Shown here one piece after another: positions 53,355 to 63,210 of a stretch of 64,000 nucleotides of DNA. The notes beneath the pieces were generated by a model that had not been told where the DNA came from, did no database searches, and saw only the letters and a list, made by a program, of their open reading frames with translations. Every line of letters begins with the position of its first letter. Position 1 is the first letter of the stretch. This DNA is from Patescibacteria group bacterium. Lineage in GTDB: Bacteria; Patescibacteriota; Patescibacteriia; UBA2591; JAQUPP01. The stretch spans positions 555,073 through 619,072 of the forward strand of contig JAQUPP010000001.1 in assembly GCA_028716665.1 (NCBI GenBank). The letters are read 5' to 3'. A program made the position numbers and the translations under genes.

Positions 53355-55200
53355 TTATTTACCCAATCCTTTCATCCATCCGAAAGTCTGTTGGAAGTTC
53401 TTGAAGATAAGTTCGGTTACAGTCAATCTTCTCTGCGGAGTCAGTAAAGTATTGGTCGTTGATTGAGTTTTGTTGCCCGAAGAATCTTCAGAGATGACTC
53501 TGAACCTGTAAATTGAGCCCGGTTTAAAGGAAGTGATAACCATTAGATGTTCTTGTCTTAAACTGATATCTTTAGCCATTTGGATAATTGGAGTGTCATT
53601 AGCAAAGCCGACTTGATATTCAACTTGCGAAGTTGATACTTCATTGGTATTCCAGGTAATGATAGTTTGGACTTCGTCGCCTCTTGATGACAAAGCGATT
53701 GAGGTTCTGATTTGCGAAATGATTGGCGCGTTTTTGTCTTTGGTGGTGGTGAAGTTTGGAATCAGGAAAGAATAGTTATTGCCTTGTAAATCTTTTCCTT
53801 CAAGAGAGACATTAAAGGTCGTGCCCGGTTCAAGATTTTTGACTGTAATCTCATGAGTAATACTGGAATCAGATTTGCTAACTACTTGAACTTCATTTGG
53901 AGATAATTTGTTGTTGCGATACGGAATGTATTTCACTTGCGAATCAGTCGGGATATTTGTCTGCCAAACAAAAGTGGCCGCTCGTTCAGAGATGTTTTTA
54001 ATTGAGAAATTTGTCACTTCGGGCAATTGCGAAGCAGTGGTGAAAGTATATTGTTTAGATCTTGTTTCAGAACCGATAATGCTCTTTGATCGAATTTGGA
54101 AATAGTAATCAGTAGAAGGAACCAAATTAATAATGTTGACATTATGCGCTAATTCATATTCGCTTGATTGACCAACCACTTGCGAATACGGTTCTGATTT
54201 GGTTTTATCAAAATCAGCAACCTTGGTGATAGCGACCACACTATTTGCCTTTCTATCAGTCGTCCATTTAACTCTTGCTTCAGTGGCTGATATTTCAATG
54301 CCTGGAGAACCCTCTAATATCGGACCGGGAATAAATCCTTTAAAAATATTAGCGAGTTCTGTAAAACCATTTTCGGCAACAGACAAAGAAATAGTACTGG
54401 AAACTTTTTTAATCATTTCCATTGCCGTCGTAAATGTTTCTTGAGAAACTGTTTGTTCTTCAATCTTTTTTATCTCTTGCGCTTTTTCTTCCGGAGTTTT
54501 TTCCGCTTCCGGTTCTGTAATTTCTTCATTTTCTGTTATTTCCGGAACAGGAGGAATTACCGAACTTCCCAAAGTTGTAAAAATCAAATCAGCGCCTTGA
54601 GCGAGATTGCCGGAAGCGTCTTGGGACAAGACTTGATAATGATAGACAGTGGCTTTAGTTAAACCAGAAAGAATAGCTTGATGAGAAGTTACAAAAGATG
54701 ATAAACCGGCATGCTGAGTGTCAGTATAGGTTGAGGTTAAACCATAATCTATTAAACTATTTGCATTTTCATTAGTGACCCAGCTGATTGTGGCACTATT
54801 TTCAGTAATATTAGAAGTTAAAATATTGCTGATTATAGGGGTTGTTTTATCTATTAATGTTGCAGAACTGCCTCCTCCTCCGGCATTAATCACTCTTACT
54901 TCCTGAGAAACATATTGAGGCGTGAGAGTATAATCTTGGCTGACGGTTTCAAGATCAGCTGAATTTTTTGATTTGATTCGATAATGATAAACCTGTTCAC
55001 TGATCAAGTCGGTCAAACGAACCACATGTTCGACGGTTAAAGTTGAGTTCAAAGTGGTTGAAGTTCCGTAAGCAGTGGTTGAGCCATATTCAATTTGAGA
55101 AGTGGCCAAATCATCGGTTGTCCAGGTGATTGTGCCGATTGTTTCCGTGGCGTAAGAATTGACCTCGGAAATAACCGGAGCGGTAGCATCTACCGGCTCT
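53355..55200 (-). repeat. Conserved 3' gene module, copy 2 of 3
   Basis: See the copy at 10075..11928. Boundaries are approximate. Confidence 0.7.
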
Positions 55201-58200
55201 GCTTCTTGAGTGGTGATAAAATTATAATCGCCGGAAACACTTTCATTATCATTTGCGTCTTTAGATTTTACCCTGAAATGGTAAGTTCTGTCAGTGGTCA
55301 AATCTGTTAAGTGAATAACGTGTTGAATGGTTAATTGAGAATCAAGATCGGTTTCCGTGCCATAATCGGTGGTAGTTCCATATTCCAATTGGCTGGTTGA
55401 TAATTCATCTGTTTCCCAAGTAATAGTGGAAGTGTAAGCGGTGGCGGATGAATTAACTAAAGAAATTACCGGATCAACTTGATCATCGGCGGTAGTAAAA
55501 TAATAATAACTGCCTTGATTATTATCTTTAGCTGTATTTTCTGAAACATCTGTTGACTCAACATAAAAATAATAAATTACATTCGGATAAAGACCGGTTA
55601 AATTTATAACATGAACAGTGTTTAAAGTTTCATCTGTTTCTTGCTGAGGATTGCTTAAATTTGAAGTAGTGGAATAAACCACTTTGGAATCAGAAGCTGT
55701 ATCAGTAAGCCATCTGACGGTAACTTTTTCATTTACGACGGAAGAAATAATAACATTGGAAATAATCGATCCGGCTTTAGTTATAAACGAATAATCATTG
55801 GACTTAGTTGTTTCATTTTCGGCCGCGTCTTTTGATTTAACCCTGAAATAATAAGGAGTATTTTTAGATAATCCGGTTAGAACAACCGAATGACTTGTTA
55901 CCATTGAAGTGGAATTTTTACTTAAAGAATAAACTCCCGGAGTGGCCGAATATTCCACGGTGGAATCGGACAATTCGTCAGTGGTCCAAGTAATAGTCGC
56001 TTGATTTGTAAAAATAGAAGCGCTTGGCACTTCAGGAGTTGAAATAGTCGGACCGGTTAAATCTCCTTCGCGGGTTGGAGTAAATGTATAATCCGCGGAA
56101 ACGCTTTCATTATTATTCGCGTCTTTTGAATAAACTCTGAAATGATAAGTGGAACCGACAGTCAAACTGCTTAATTTGATAACGTGATCAATGGTAAGGT
56201 CGGTTGTTGTTACCGAGGACGGACTTAAAGTTCCGTAACCATCCGTCAAACCGTATTCAACCTGGCTGGTGGCCAATTCGTCAGTTTCCCAAGTAATAGT
56301 GGAAGTGTAGGCCGTGGTAGACGCGGAAACTTCATTAATAATCGGCGGAGTCAAGTCATAGGTGGTATTAAAAAAATAATAATCAGAGGCATTGTCATTA
56401 ATGCCGAGATTGATAGAAATATCATAAGATTTAACATAAAAATAATAGCGAGTGCCGGGCGTTAAAGAAGAAATTTCCACTGAATGTTCATAATAATCTT
56501 CGCTGTTCGGAGTAAGAACTCTGGTTTCCGTGCCATGCGTTAAAGAACCGGATAAATCTGAGCTGGTGGAATAAACAACATAAGAATTTGAAGAAGTATC
56601 CGTGAGCCAAGTAATTTTTGCCGTACTATTATTAATTTGAGAAACAGAAACATTTGTCAAAGTTGGACCGGGAAGTGTCGTAAAAGTATAATAAGCATTG
56701 GAATGATTATCAACGGTTTCATTATTGCTTGGATCTTCTGATTTTACCAAAAAATAATATGGAGTGTCTTGCGTTAAACCATTTATGGTAAGAGAATGCG
56801 ATGTTCCCATGGTCGGAAGATTGACATAAGTAAAAGTTTCTAAAACTTCAGACGTGGAATAACCGACCGTTGAATCCGAAAATTCATCCGTTGTCCAAGT
56901 TATAGTTGCTTGAGAAGTATAAACATCAGTAGAAGTAACATTGGAAACAGTCGGCGCCGTAATATCAGTGCCTCCCCCGCCTTCACCGGAATCTTGAATG
57001 CCATTTGCCTTGCCGGTAATGGCATTGGAACGATAAGAAATATTATTTAAAGAATCATAAGCGATAATTTTATAATAATGGAGAACATTATAATCCGGCG
57101 TAGTGTCCGTATAATAATTGGTTGTCTTAACATTAACCGTGCCGACTTCCGTAAAATCAGCGTCATTAGTAGTATTTGAACGCAAAATGGAATAATGATC
57201 AAATATTCCTTGAGGCGGATCATCTATTACTTCCCAGGCAATAAAAAGCCGATATTCATTGGGCGTAATTCTGACATTTGAAGTGTCTTGGGTCATAATG
57301 CATGCCGGAGTTGCCGGAGTAATTACTGACGCAGTGGCGGAAACATTTCCTTTGGCGTCTTTAAATTTAACATAAACAGTATCCGGATTATCAGCCAAGG
57401 TGATTGTTGAAGCAGTGTTGTATGTTTGATAACTTGCGCCGGAAAATCCGCTGTCCAAAGAAATCATCATAGAGCCCTTGACGCCGGATTGCATCGTGCT
57501 GTCGGTGGCAGACAAGGTTAAAGTTGCCGCGTTAGAACCGTATTGTGTTGAAGCATTAACTTTAATACTTGGGCTGGCCGGATTTATTGTGTCTAATTCA
57601 AAAGTTGAAGATTCCAAAGTGGCGGTGTTGTAAACCAATTCAAGATCATTGGCTGTAACTTTAATTTTCATTCCATTGGCAGTGTATTGATTATTGTAAT
57701 CTGTTTTTGGATCCCAAGTGCCGGTGTAAGTCGTCCAATCAGTAGCCGGAGAAGTAGCCACATTTTTTACTCCTTCACCGGTTGTAGTCGTTGCTTCTTG
57801 CCATTCATCTCCATCCCAATATTGAAAAGAAATTGTTGCTTTGCCCTGATGGGCTTCTTCACCATCATTGGTATCAGTATCGCGGACTTGATATGAAATA
57901 TTTACCAAGCCATCCGCGCCTTGCGAAGCAGTTAAAGTTTGAAGTTCAGGAGAAGCATTTATTGAATAACTGACAGTAAAATCGTTAATTGTCGGACTTG
58001 TGCCGTCAATCGTACTTTCTAAATATGCTTCTGCTTCGCACCAGCGATTAATTCCTGAAGTAATATCGGCCGGAGAAGAAGTGTACCAATCTGACCATGA
58101 AGCTCCGGATAAACCGCCTTCAGTGGCAGCAGTACGAGTTCTGAATTTAACCAAAGTACCGGAAGGAACAGTCGCGTTCCAAGAAATTGTATTCCAACCG

Positions 58201-61200
58201 GCATCACCGCCGGCATCTTTTTTAAGATTAGTAATGTTGCCGAAATAAAGAAGAGGATAATAATAAAAATCAGTTGTACCTCCATGTAAAGCATAAATAT
58301 TTGTTCCATCATAAGCTAAAGCACCGCCGTCATTAATTGCCACGCTTGTTGAAGATAAGGTTGACCAAGAATTGCCGGAAATATTATATTTGTAAAAATT
58401 AGAAGTATTTCCTCCGCGCAAAGCATAAATATTTGTTCCGTCATAAATTAACGAACCGCCGGCTCCAACCGCACCGGTAATGGAAGTCATAGCACTCCAA
58501 GAATTTCCGGAAATATCGTAACGATAAAAATCCGTGCTGCTTCCGCCGCGCAAAGCGTAAATATAATTTCCTGCTCTTACCATTGCTCCGCCCGCGCCAA
58601 TCACGGCAGAAGGTTGGGCTAAAACTTCCCAGCCAAGCGAAGAAAGACTTATGGAATTTGAACCAGAAGATAAAGTATTATAATCATTTAATGTGCCGGA
58701 AGAATTATACCAATTGGTATTGTCCGGAGAAAATTGAAGTTTAAGAACAGAATCAGCCGGAATTGAAGAAGCGTTGTAATCAAAAGAATCAACACTGCCC
58801 TTTAAGCCAGATAAAAGATTAGTTGAAGTTAAAGTGCCGGAAGAATAATAATATGGAGAATACATGTTGTCTATATAGAAAGTATTATCCGCGTCGGCAT
58901 TAACTATGGTAATCACCATACTGTCTATCGCGTCTTTATTGGCATTAGACACGGCTGATATATCCCAAGAAACTGTTTGAAAAACATTTGCCGAAGTAAT
59001 ATTGGGCGTAATTTCCGTAGTCGTTCCGCCAGAATCATGCATGCTTATTTTTATATTGCTTCCTGTTCTTGTAGAACGAATATCAAAATAAATTAATGAT
59101 TTATCGGTTAAATCTATTGTCGGCGAAATTGTGCGAGTAAGAGTTTTATTTAAACTGCCTGTTATCGCCGCTGATCCTTTTAACGCGTAGGTTCCCTGAG
59201 ATTTAATTGTAGATTCAGAAGATGACTGTAAAGAAAGAAAATCTGAAGTTAAACATCTTATTACCACTATTCCTGAACCTCCGGCACCGGCAGCACCACC
59301 ACTATAAGCACCGCCTCCACCACCGCCGCCGGTATTTGGCGTTCCTGATTGAGCGACAGTATCATTACAAGTTCCGTTTCCACCTCCGCCATTGCCACCA
59401 AGACCAGGATTATTTGAATAAGCAGTTCCATATCCGCCGCCTCCACCGCCGCCAGCATAATAAACATTAGTTCCGCTTAATACTATGTCATATGCAAGTC
59501 CAACTCCTCCGCCGGATGTTCCTCCTTCACTCCTTGATGTGCTTCCTACAGCTCCAGCTCCGCCGCCACCGCCGCCGGTAAAAGGGTTTGCATAATAAAG
59601 ATCAGAAGAACCTCCTCCATTATTTCCTTGACCAGAAGTGCCTGCTCCACCGGGAACTAATTGATAGTTACCTTCTTGTCCGCCTCCACCTGAACCACCA
59701 CTTTTAGGAAGTCCCCACGTGCTAGCTCCGCCGCCGCCTCCACCGCCTATTGCAGTTTTTGTACTAAAAACAGAATTTTCGCCATTTCCACCAGCGCTAT
59801 TGCCACCCGTAGGTCCTTTGACACCGCCAGCGCCAACTGTAATAGGATATGCTTGCGCGGTAATTGCAAAATTTGCGTCATAAATTAAACCTCCTCCTCC
59901 ACCGCCGCCAGACATTCCTTGACCACCTCCACCACCGCCGGCAACTACAAGAGTTGCTACATTAGCAGCTTTTGTAGAAGTAAATGTTCCTGATGAAGTA
60001 AATTTATGAACAGTATAATTTCCATTTGTAGTTATCGTTCCACCGGTATTGCCATAAGTGGCATTTGTTACATACGCCGCTTGAGCAAGTGAATTGGAAG
60101 AATATTCCATATAATCAATAGTTACTGCCGATGTATCAAGTTTTATTTGGCCATTTCCCGCGTCAATAACAGTATTTGATTTACTGGCCACTTTGGTTTC
60201 ATCGGTAAAACTATCAGAAACAGAACTGCCGCTATTATAATTAATGGCAATACTGTCCAAAAGCGGAGCGAGATTTTGAGCCGGATTTGATTGAAGAGTT
60301 GTTTTGTAATAAAAACCCGCGCTTCCTGTCCAAAAATTTTCACTGATATCATATCTATAAAAATCAGCAGTGCCGCCGCCGCGCAAGGCATAAATATATG
60401 TTCCGTCATAAGTTAATGAACCGCCGGTTCCAACTGTACCAAGAACAGAAGTCATTGCACTCCAAGAATTTCCGGAAATATCGTAACGATAAAAATCTGT
60501 TGTGCTTCCGCCTCTTAAGGCATAAATATATGTTCCGTCATAAGTTAAGGCTCCTCCTGCGCCAATTGCGGCTGTAACAGAAGTCATTGCACTCCAAGAA
60601 TTTCCGGAAATATCGTAACGATAAAAATCCGTGCTGCTTCCGCCGCGCAAAGCGTAAATATAATTGCCGACTCTAACTGATGAACCGCCGGCACCAGTTG
60701 CACCGGTTATGGCAGTTAAAGATGACCAGACACTGCTAAACGCTGCGTCTGATAATTTAATATCGCCCTCTGAAGTAGTTGTGTCTAATTTTGTTATCGT
60801 CCCTGCTTCCCAATTAGCCTTGGAAGTTACTGTCCAATTATAAGTTGCCGCTTTGGAAAAATGAGGAAAATATTGAACGCTGTTTGTAACAATCAAACCA
60901 ATACATAATGTTACGGCAATAATTCGGCTGATGCCCAATTTTACCAATGATTGGCGGAATTGTTTTTCTAAAATAAAAAATCGCTTTTGTAAAGCAATAA
61001 ATTGTTTTTGCAAATCAAAATATTTTTCTTTCCAATCTAAATTCTCCGACGCTTCAGTCGGAGCCCCGACCCTTCGGCGTCGGGATTTTATTTTTATCGG
61101 CTCGGTTGAGACGATTGATTTTATATACCAACCCGAATAAATTTTTTTGCAAGATTTATCTTTTTTTATATGAATTAAATAAAAAAATCTAAATTCTTTT

Positions 61201-61295
61201 AAAAATTTAGATAATAAAATACTTCCCTGTTTATAAAGGTAAATTAAAATTTGTCTCAAATTTTCTTTTTTGAGGTTCATTTGCCGCTTATTCAA
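53355..61295 (-). CDS. Giant surface protein (2646 aa): N-terminal basic tail and TM anchor, two Kelch-type beta-propeller blocks, a glycine-rich domain, a long Fn3-like array, and the conserved C-terminal module
   Basis: 'GNYIYALRGGSSTDFYRYDISGNSWSAMTSV' Kelch-like repeats occur twice in three-repeat blocks. 'LVVAGGGGGGQGMSGGGGGGG...GSGIVVIRC' is a glycine-rich domain. Many 'YYF.VKSKD' Fn3-like units. The C-terminus is near-identical to ORF1 and ORF3. Confidence 0.8.
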   Translation of the reverse strand: MNKRQMNLKKENLRQILIYLYKQGSILLSKFLKEFRFFYLIHIKKDKSCKKIYSGWYIKSIVSTEPIKIKSRRRRVGAPTEASENLDWKEKYFDLQKQFIALQKRFFILEKQFRQSLVKLGISRIIAVTLCIGLIVTNSVQYFPHFSKAATYNWTVTSKANWEAGTITKLDTTTSEGDIKLSDAAFSSVWSSLTAITGATGAGGSSVRVGNYIYALRGGSSTDFYRYDISGNSWSAMTSVTAAIGAGGALTYDGTYIYALRGGSTTDFYRYDISGNSWSAMTSVLGTVGTGGSLTYDGTYIYALRGGGTADFYRYDISENFWTGSAGFYYKTTLQSNPAQNLAPLLDSIAINYNSGSSVSDSFTDETKVASKSNTVIDAGNGQIKLDTSAVTIDYMEYSSNSLAQAAYVTNATYGNTGGTITTNGNYTVHKFTSSGTFTSTKAANVATLVVAGGGGGGQGMSGGGGGGGLIYDANFAITAQAYPITVGAGGVKGPTGGNSAGGNGENSVFSTKTAIGGGGGGGASTWGLPKSGGSGGGGQEGNYQLVPGGAGTSGQGNNGGGSSDLYYANPFTGGGGGGAGAVGSTSRSEGGTSGGGVGLAYDIVLSGTNVYYAGGGGGGGYGTAYSNNPGLGGNGGGGNGTCNDTVAQSGTPNTGGGGGGGAYSGGAAGAGGSGIVVIRCLTSDFLSLQSSSESTIKSQGTYALKGSAAITGSLNKTLTRTISPTIDLTDKSLIYFDIRSTRTGSNIKISMHDSGGTTTEITPNITSANVFQTVSWDISAVSNANKDAIDSMVITIVNADADNTFYIDNMYSPYYYSSGTLTSTNLLSGLKGSVDSFDYNASSIPADSVLKLQFSPDNTNWYNSSGTLNDYNTLSSGSNSISLSSLGWEVLAQPSAVIGAGGAMVRAGNYIYALRGGSSTDFYRYDISGNSWSAMTSITGAVGAGGSLIYDGTNIYALRGGNTSNFYKYNISGNSWSTLSSTSVAINDGGALAYDGTNIYALHGGTTDFYYYPLLYFGNITNLKKDAGGDAGWNTISWNATVPSGTLVKFRTRTAATEGGLSGASWSDWYTSSPADITSGINRWCEAEAYLESTIDGTSPTINDFTVSYSINASPELQTLTASQGADGLVNISYQVRDTDTNDGEEAHQGKATISFQYWDGDEWQEATTTTGEGVKNVATSPATDWTTYTGTWDPKTDYNNQYTANGMKIKVTANDLELVYNTATLESSTFELDTINPASPSIKVNASTQYGSNAATLTLSATDSTMQSGVKGSMMISLDSGFSGASYQTYNTASTITLADNPDTVYVKFKDAKGNVSATASVITPATPACIMTQDTSNVRITPNEYRLFIAWEVIDDPPQGIFDHYSILRSNTTNDADFTEVGTVNVKTTNYYTDTTPDYNVLHYYKIIAYDSLNNISYRSNAITGKANGIQDSGEGGGGTDITAPTVSNVTSTDVYTSQATITWTTDEFSDSTVGYSTSEVLETFTYVNLPTMGTSHSLTINGLTQDTPYYFLVKSEDPSNNETVDNHSNAYYTFTTLPGPTLTNVSVSQINNSTAKITWLTDTSSNSYVVYSTSSDLSGSLTHGTETRVLTPNSEDYYEHSVEISSLTPGTRYYFYVKSYDISINLGINDNASDYYFFNTTYDLTPPIINEVSASTTAYTSTITWETDELATSQVEYGLTDGYGTLSPSSVTTTDLTIDHVIKLSSLTVGSTYHFRVYSKDANNNESVSADYTFTPTREGDLTGPTISTPEVPSASIFTNQATITWTTDELSDSTVEYSATPGVYSLSKNSTSMVTSHSVVLTGLSKNTPYYFRVKSKDAAENETTKSNDYSFITKAGSIISNVIISSVVNEKVTVRWLTDTASDSKVVYSTTSNLSNPQQETDETLNTVHVINLTGLYPNVIYYFYVESTDVSENTAKDNNQGSYYYFTTADDQVDPVISLVNSSATAYTSTITWETDELSTSQLEYGTTTDYGTETDLDSQLTIQHVIHLTDLTTDRTYHFRVKSKDANDNESVSGDYNFITTQEAEPVDATAPVISEVNSYATETIGTITWTTDDLATSQIEYGSTTAYGTSTTLNSTLTVEHVVRLTDLISEQVYHYRIKSKNSADLETVSQDYTLTPQYVSQEVRVINAGGGGSSATLIDKTTPIISNILTSNITENSATISWVTNENANSLIDYGLTSTYTDTQHAGLSSFVTSHQAILSGLTKATVYHYQVLSQDASGNLAQGADLIFTTLGSSVIPPVPEITENEEITEPEAEKTPEEKAQEIKKIEEQTVSQETFTTAMEMIKKVSSTISLSVAENGFTELANIFKGFIPGPILEGSPGIEISATEARVKWTTDRKANSVVAITKVADFDKTKSEPYSQVVGQSSEYELAHNVNIINLVPSTDYYFQIRSKSIIGSETRSKQYTFTTASQLPEVTNFSIKNISERAATFVWQTNIPTDSQVKYIPYRNNKLSPNEVQVVSKSDSSITHEITVKNLEPGTTFNVSLEGKDLQGNNYSFLIPNFTTTKDKNAPIISQIRTSIALSSRGDEVQTIITWNTNEVSTSQVEYQVGFANDTPIIQMAKDISLRQEHLMVITSFKPGSIYRFRVISEDSSGNKTQSTTNTLLTPQRRLTVTELIFKNFQQTFGWMKGLGK
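58270..60740 (-). repeat. Two near-identical nucleotide blocks (about 58270-58620 and about 60330-60740) encoding the Kelch-type repeats
   Basis: Roughly 55-nt stretches such as 'ggaaatatcgtaacgataaaaatccgtgctgcttccgccgcgcaaagcgtaaatataatt' recur exactly at about 58508 and 60616. Confidence 0.6.
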
Positions 61296-61367
61296 TTAAT
61301 ACCCTTGTATTTAATATTATATAGAAAAAACATTAATAAATCAATATAATAACCATTATTTTAAAGT

Positions 61368-63210
61368 TTATTTACCCATACCTTTCATCCATCCGAAAGT
61401 CTGTTGGAAGTTCTTAAAGATGAGCTCGGTCACGGTCATTCTCTTTTGAGGGGTCAATAAAGTATTGGTTATTGATTGAGCTCTATTGCCCGAAGAATCT
61501 TCAGAAATGACTCTGAATCTGTAGATGGATCCGGGTTTAAAAGATGTAACAACTATTAAATGATCCTGTTTTAAAGTGATATCTTTGGCCATTTGGATAA
61601 TTGGAGCGTCATTGGCAAAGCCGACCTGGTATTCAAATTGAGAATTTGCGGGTTCATCAGTATTCCAGGTGATAATGGTTTGGACTTCATCGCCCCTTGA
61701 TGATAAAGCAACCGAGGTTCTGATTTGAAAAATGATTGGCGAAGTATTATCTTTAACAGTCGTAAAATTCGGGATCAGGAAAGAATAATTATTTCCTTCC
61801 GAATCTTTTCCTTCAAGTGAAATATTGTAAGTAGTGCCGGGCGCGAAATTTTTAATCATAATTTCGTGAGTAGTGTTAAATTCTGATTTATTGACGGTCT
61901 GCGCTTCGCCTGAAGATATTTTATTATTGCGATACGGGATATATTTAACTTGAGAGTTGGTAGGAATATTGGTTTGCCAATCAAAAGTGGCGGCTCGCGC
62001 GGAAACATCTTTAATGGAAAAAGTGATTACCTCCGGCACTTGCGAAGCTGTTTTAAAATTATATTGTTTGGATTTTGTTTCAGAACCGATCAATCCTTTG
62101 GAACGAGTTTGGAAATAGTATTCAGTGGACGGAGTCAAATTAATAATTCTAACGCCATGCGTCAATTGATGTTCATTTGATTGACCGACAACTTGCGAAT
62201 ACGGTTCTGATTTATTTTTATCAAAATCAGAAGCTTTAACAAAAGCAATCATTGAATTGGAACGCTTATTGGTTTCCCATCTGATTATGGCTTCGGTCGC
62301 GGAAACTTCAATGACAGGATTTTTTTCAATGACCGGTCCGGGAGTAATATCTTTTAAAGTATCCAAAATATCTTGAAAAGCGCTTTCCAAAACCGGAGCG
62401 GTTACTTGAGAAGAAAGACTTTTGGCTTCTTCCATGGCGGTAATAAAATTCTGATCCACGCTATTAACGGGTGTTATTACTGTTGATTCTCCCTCTCCTT
62501 CCGAAGAAGTTGGAGTTGAAGGATTTTGATTTTCTGGTGTCGGAGTAACCGGAATTATTCCACCCAAAGTGGTAAAAATAGCATCGGAACTTCGTCTTAA
62601 ATTAGAAGAAGAATCTTGAGACAAAACTTGATAATGATAAACAGCGCCTTTTGTCAAATTAGAAAGAGTGACTTGATGAGTCGTAGCTAAAGTTGACAAA
62701 CCGTCATGCGCGGTATTGGTATAAGCAGCGGTTAAACCATAGTCAATCAAACTGGTGGCTTTTTCATCGGTTGTCCAAGCAATAACAGCGCTGGTTTCTT
62801 TAATATCAGAAACTTTAATATTACTGACAATAGGAGGAATCTCATCTTTAATTGTTGTACTGCCGCCGCCGGCATTAATCACTCTGACCTCCTGAGAAAC
62901 ATATTGAGGTGTGAGAGTATAATCTTGACTGATGGTTTCAAGGTCGGCTAAATTTTTTGATTTGATTCGATAATGATAAAGTTGATTAGAGGTCAAATCA
63001 GTCAAACGAACCACATGTTCAACGGTTAAAGTTGAATTCAAAGTGGTCGAAGTTCCGTAAGCAGTGGTTGAACCATATTCAATTTGAGAAGTGGCAGAGT
63101 CATCCGTTTTCCAAGTGATCGTGCCGATTGTTTCCGTGGTATAAGAATTAACCTCTGAAATAACCGGAGCAGTAGCATCTACCGGCTCTGCTTCTTGAGT
63201 GGTGACAAAA
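61368..63210 (-). repeat. Conserved 3' gene module, copy 3 of 3
   Basis: The tail 'TNTLLTPQKRMTVTELIFKNFQQTFGWMKGMGK' and the preceding three Fn3-like domains are shared with ORF1 and ORF2. Confidence 0.7.

Noticed and set aside
53908-62180. Shadow ORFs within and antisense to ORF2 and ORF3, including the His/Arg-rich ORF 59222..59470 and ORF 59267..59467
   Set aside because: They are produced by GC-rich glycine codons (GGN) read in other frames or on the other strand. The Gly-rich sense frame is part of a 2646-aa ORF.
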